Part shown: piece by piece, positions 16,860 to 20,000 of the stretch
How positions within the stretch are numbered: the stretch's first letter is position 1
How the letters are laid out: every line of letters starts with the position of its first letter
Virus record (IMG/VR): IMGVR_UViG_3300014720_004424
Length of the DNA: 20,000 nt
Origin: an uncultured virus (IMG/VR IMGVR_UViG_3300014720_004424)
Taxonomy: Duplodnaviria > Heunggongvirae > Uroviricota > Caudoviricetes
Direction: 5' to 3' (one strand)
Made by a program: the position numbers and the translations under genes
The notes under the pieces: model-generated
Told to the model about the DNA's origin: nothing
Databases searched by the model: none
Seen by the model: the letters and a program-made list of their open reading frames with translations, nothing else

Positions 16860-18521
16860 ATGAGCCAGACACTTTATGAGGAAGCAATTGCTGAGGCGCG
16901 CCGTCTCACTGAGATGGCCGAGCAGAACGCTAAGAACAAGATCATCGACGCAGTCACTCCACAGATCAGGAAGCTGATCGAGCAGGAGCTCCTCGGCGCA
17001 GGTCCCCTAAATGAGGATGACCTCATGGATCCGACTGATGAGGAAGAGGATTAGGAGGACGACGACGATGCAGAGGCGGGTGGGGACATGGAGATGCCGC
17101 CCGAGGGACCTGAGACACTTGACATGGACTCAATGGGATCAGACCTGATGCCACCCCAGATGGCTGCATCAATGCCCCCACCCGCAATGGCACCCAGCGC
17201 CCCACCGGCCGGTGCCTCTCCTGTCTCCTCGCTTGAGGTCTCTGAGGACGGCGTCGAGCTCAAGGTGGGTGATGTTGAGATTGAGATTCACAGGACTGAG
17301 GCAGATGACGAGCTCGACGAGGCTGTGGCCCGACGACTTGGGAATGCCGCCTCCCGGAAGTTTAAGCAGGAGGTCGCTGCCCTCTCAAAGAGGCACGGAG
17401 TTCTCAAGGCCGCCATCGCAGAGGCGAGAAGCACGGGCACAGAGGACCAGAAGCTTCGGATCGCAAAAATATTCGAGTCTCTGGCGCGCGACGCAGTAAA
17501 GCTTCAGCGCCAGGTCATACTTAACGAAAGAACTGCGGGAGGTGTTCCTCTCGAGACAAAGCTATTAAGCTCAATTATCAAGGAGATGAAAGATATGTCA
17601 CGGAGGAATAACAAGAATGTTTTCGACTTCCTATTCGAGGCCGAAGAGGCAGACGATATGATGGCGCCCGCTGATGCGGCACCTGCTGATGAGCCTGCTG
17701 ATGCTGATGCGCCCCCTGATGCTGATGAGCCTGTGGAAGCCTCTCCGGAGGTGGAAGCTGCTTTGAAAGATCTTGCAGACGCACTTGGAATGGAAGTTGT
17801 TCCTAAAGGCACCGCCGAGCCCGAGGGCGAGGGCACTGAGGGCGAGGGCACCGAGGACGAGGGAGCAGTGGTTGAGATGGATGACGGCCAGACATACGAG
17901 ATCGCAGAGTCGGATCTTCGTCGTGAGCTCAAGCGCCTCCGCAGCCTCCACGAGGCAGACGCAGTCGCAGGATCCGGCGCCTCCTCCTTCGGCGGCGGCA
18001 AGGCGGGCGACGACATGTTTGTTGACGTCGACGAGGAGACGCTCCTCAACGCGCTCGCTGATGAGCTTGGATCCGTCAAGAAGATCAAGTCCACCGCGAA
18101 GATGGCAGAGGCCCGTGTGGCCAAGCCCGCCGTCAACGAGGCGGCAGTCCTCCGCCGCCAGGTGCAGGACTACAGAAATGTTGCTGATCAGCTCAAGAAG
18201 CAGATCGTTGAGATGAACCTCTTCAACGCGAAGCTTCTCTACGCGAACAAGCTGATGCAGAACAGAGACCTTTCAGCTAAGCAGCAGCGTGCAATTGTTG
18301 AGGCGATAGACAATGCCAAGACGCTACGTGAGGCGAAGCTTCTTTACAAGAGCCTGACAGACTCCCTCAACAAGCCCACCAATAGGGGTGGTCTAACAGA
18401 GGGGCGTGATCTAAGGGTGCTCGGTTCTTCCTCAAAGTCAGCCCGCTCAGGTCAGCCAGTGGCTGAGGGTGCGGCTGGAGCAGATCGCTGGGCGCTCCTA
18501 GCAGGAATCAAGAAAGATTGA
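16860..18521 (+). CDS. Prohead scaffold/core protein (gp22-like position), 553 codons, interrupted by in-frame TAG at 17052-17054
   Basis: ORFs 16860-17054 and 17088-18521 share one frame joined by *EDDDDAEAGGD. Acidic, helical protein directly upstream of the capsid gene; C-terminal MNLFNAKLLYANKL..AKTLREAKLLY..RWALLAGI. Confidence 0.75.
17517..17597 (+). promoter_or_regulatory. Internal ATACTTA motif, Shine-Dalgarno and in-frame ATG inside the scaffold gene
   Basis: ATACTTA 17517-17523, AAGGAG 17580-17585, in-frame ATG 17595, within a local AT-rich patch. Confidence 0.55.
17823..17864 (+). repeat. 15-bp tandem repeat encoding EGEGT in the scaffold
   Basis: GAGGGCGAGGGCACT, GAGGGCGAGGGCACC, then degenerate GAGGACGAGGGA. 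Confidence 0.75.
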
Positions 18522-18552
18522 GATCAATTCACTAACGTTAAGGAGATAGAAG

Positions 18553-20000
18553 ATGTCTAATAATTTCACACTTGAGCAGCTGACGGAGGGCATCCGCCAG
18601 CGACACCTCGGGACGCAGAATAAGCGTCTCATCGAGAAGTGGTCCCGCACGGGACTCCTTCGTGGACTCAATGAGACCGGCCGTGAGAACATGGCCCGCC
18701 TCCTCGAGAACCAGGCAGCGCAGGTCCTAAAGGAGGCCTCCACGCTCTCAACCGGCGGCGGAAACCTCACCTCCTCGGGCGATCTCCGCGGCTTCTCCAA
18801 CATCGCCTTCCCAATCGTTCGCCGCGTGTTCGGTGGCCTCGTCGCCAACGAGCTTGTGTCGGTCCAGCCGATGAGCCTTCCCTCGGGTCTGCTCTTCTAC
18901 TTAGACTACACGTACGGCAACACGGTGGGCGACGACGGCTCGGGCACAGGCACCTACGTCGCGGGCCAGTCGATCTACAGCAGCCCAACCGGTCGCGGAA
19001 TCCGCTCCGGATCGCTCGCTGTGGGCGGACAGTACGACCTCGTCGGCAGCGGCTTCTCCCGCGTGCACAAGCAGACGGGAACTGTCACGCTCCTCGCATC
19101 AGGCGCCTTCGGCGGAACGACAACGTTCAGCAACGCAAGGGTCCTCCACGCGACGGGCTCCGACGGCAAGCTCCTCGGCTTCGATCCTCAGGTCGCTGAC
19201 GCGGTCGAGGGCAACAGCAACGGCCCCGGCGCAGCAACGGGCGACGGCGTCTACACGGCGGTCGTCGTCAGCTACCCCGCTCTCCACTTCTCAGCCTCAG
19301 ACGGCACGATGGTGAAGGACTTCGTCCTCCACAGGGCTGGCGGCGGCGCGGGCACAGTGTACAAGGGCGTGTCTCCCACGATCCAGGCAGGAGGCTCCAA
19401 CGTGATGAACGTCCGCCGCCTCAATCGCCTCGGCACGTGGAGCGGCAACGGCTTCGTTGACAATCCCCTCGTTCAGCCCGGCGACGCGAATGCGGCGCTC
19501 CTCATGGTCGTCTCAGGCGCGAACGCTGCAGCCTCTGTTGACACCCTCAACGTTGACTTCGTTGTCGCTTCAAGCCTCAACGTGGACAGCTCTGACGGCT
19601 CCACACTCACGGTTCCCGCGTTCGAGTCCAACATGGCCGATCAGGGATCCGCGACCTCGCCCACGATCCCCGAGATCGACATCAAGGTCGAGTCCATCGC
19701 CGTCACCGCGGTCACCCGCAAGCTCCGCGCGAAGTGGTCCCCCGAGCTCGCTCAGGACCTCAACGCGTACCACAGCCTCGACGCTGAGGTGGAGCTCACG
19801 CAGATCCTGTCCGAGCAGATCGCCATGGAGCTCGATCGCGAGATCCTCAACGACCTCCTCACGCAGGCGAGCGGCGCGAACTATTACTGGAGCCGCGCTC
19901 CTGGCAAGTTCGTCAACAAGGCGACCGGCGCAGAGGTCCTCCGCGCGACCTCGGCTCCCGGCCCGGCCTTCACCGGCACGGTCCGCGAGTGGTACGAGAC
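18553..20000 (+). CDS. Major capsid protein (T4 gp23-like), 3'-truncated by the window
   Basis: Translated by hand: MSNNFTLEQLTEG..LIEKWSRTGLL..LLENQ..FPIVRRVFGGLVANELVSVQPMSLPSGLLFYLDY..TRKLRAKWSPELAQDLNAYHSLDAEVELTQILSEQIAMELDREIL. AAGGAG at 18540-18545. No stop before the window end, so the ORF track omits it. Confidence 0.97.
   Translation, partial: MSNNFTLEQLTEGIRQRHLGTQNKRLIEKWSRTGLLRGLNETGRENMARLLENQAAQVLKEASTLSTGGGNLTSSGDLRGFSNIAFPIVRRVFGGLVANELVSVQPMSLPSGLLFYLDYTYGNTVGDDGSGTGTYVAGQSIYSSPTGRGIRSGSLAVGGQYDLVGSGFSRVHKQTGTVTLLASGAFGGTTTFSNARVLHATGSDGKLLGFDPQVADAVEGNSNGPGAATGDGVYTAVVVSYPALHFSASDGTMVKDFVLHRAGGGAGTVYKGVSPTIQAGGSNVMNVRRLNRLGTWSGNGFVDNPLVQPGDANAALLMVVSGANAAASVDTLNVDFVVASSLNVDSSDGSTLTVPAFESNMADQGSATSPTIPEIDIKVESIAVTAVTRKLRAKWSPELAQDLNAYHSLDAEVELTQILSEQIAMELDREILNDLLTQASGANYYWSRAPGKFVNKATGAEVLRATSAPGPAFTGTVREWYE

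Noticed and set aside
17053..17148. AGGAGG followed by out-of-frame ATG 17068 (26-aa ORF)
   Set aside because: The SD-like sequence is a by-product of Glu/Asp codons and the peptide has no support.
17665..17864. Short repeats as a possible CRISPR or DGR element
   Set aside because: They are codon-phase repeats encoding PAD and EGEGT low-complexity linkers, with no repeat-spacer structure or reverse transcriptase.
17504..18136. 210-aa minus-strand ORF and other minus-strand ORFs (e.g. 5872-6249, 15994-16362, 18498-18848)
   Set aside because: Antisense shadows of well-supported + strand genes, with Ser/Ala/Arg-biased composition and no motifs.
18533..18540. TAACGTTA palindrome before the capsid SD
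   Set aside because: Single 8-bp palindrome with no second copy noticed.
1..20000. Genome-wide TAG reassignment (code 15-type recoding)
   Set aside because: Only one internal TAG in roughly 6000 codons of long intact ORFs, and TAG ends the primase, terminase and bS21 genes at sensible places.

Overview
Virion-morphogenesis and replication segment of a large T4-like (Caudoviricetes) phage, with every credible gene on the + strand. Gene order: 5'-truncated LamG-like virion protein, RuvC-like resolvase, primase, single-chain Mre11-Rad50 (SbcD-SbcC) fusion, small Cys-rich protein, hypothetical, large terminase, gp20-like portal (HNH intein), hypothetical, gp21-like prohead protease (LAGLIDADG intein), four hypotheticals, a ribosomal protein bS21 homologue, a gp22-like scaffold and a 3'-truncated gp23-like major capsid protein (absent from the ORF track). 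The scaffold locus is the most unusual part: its frame is split by one in-frame TAG and appears to hide an internal promoter, Shine-Dalgarno and in-frame start. A recurrent ATACTTA motif looks like the phage late promoter. All family calls come from motif recognition; no searches were run.
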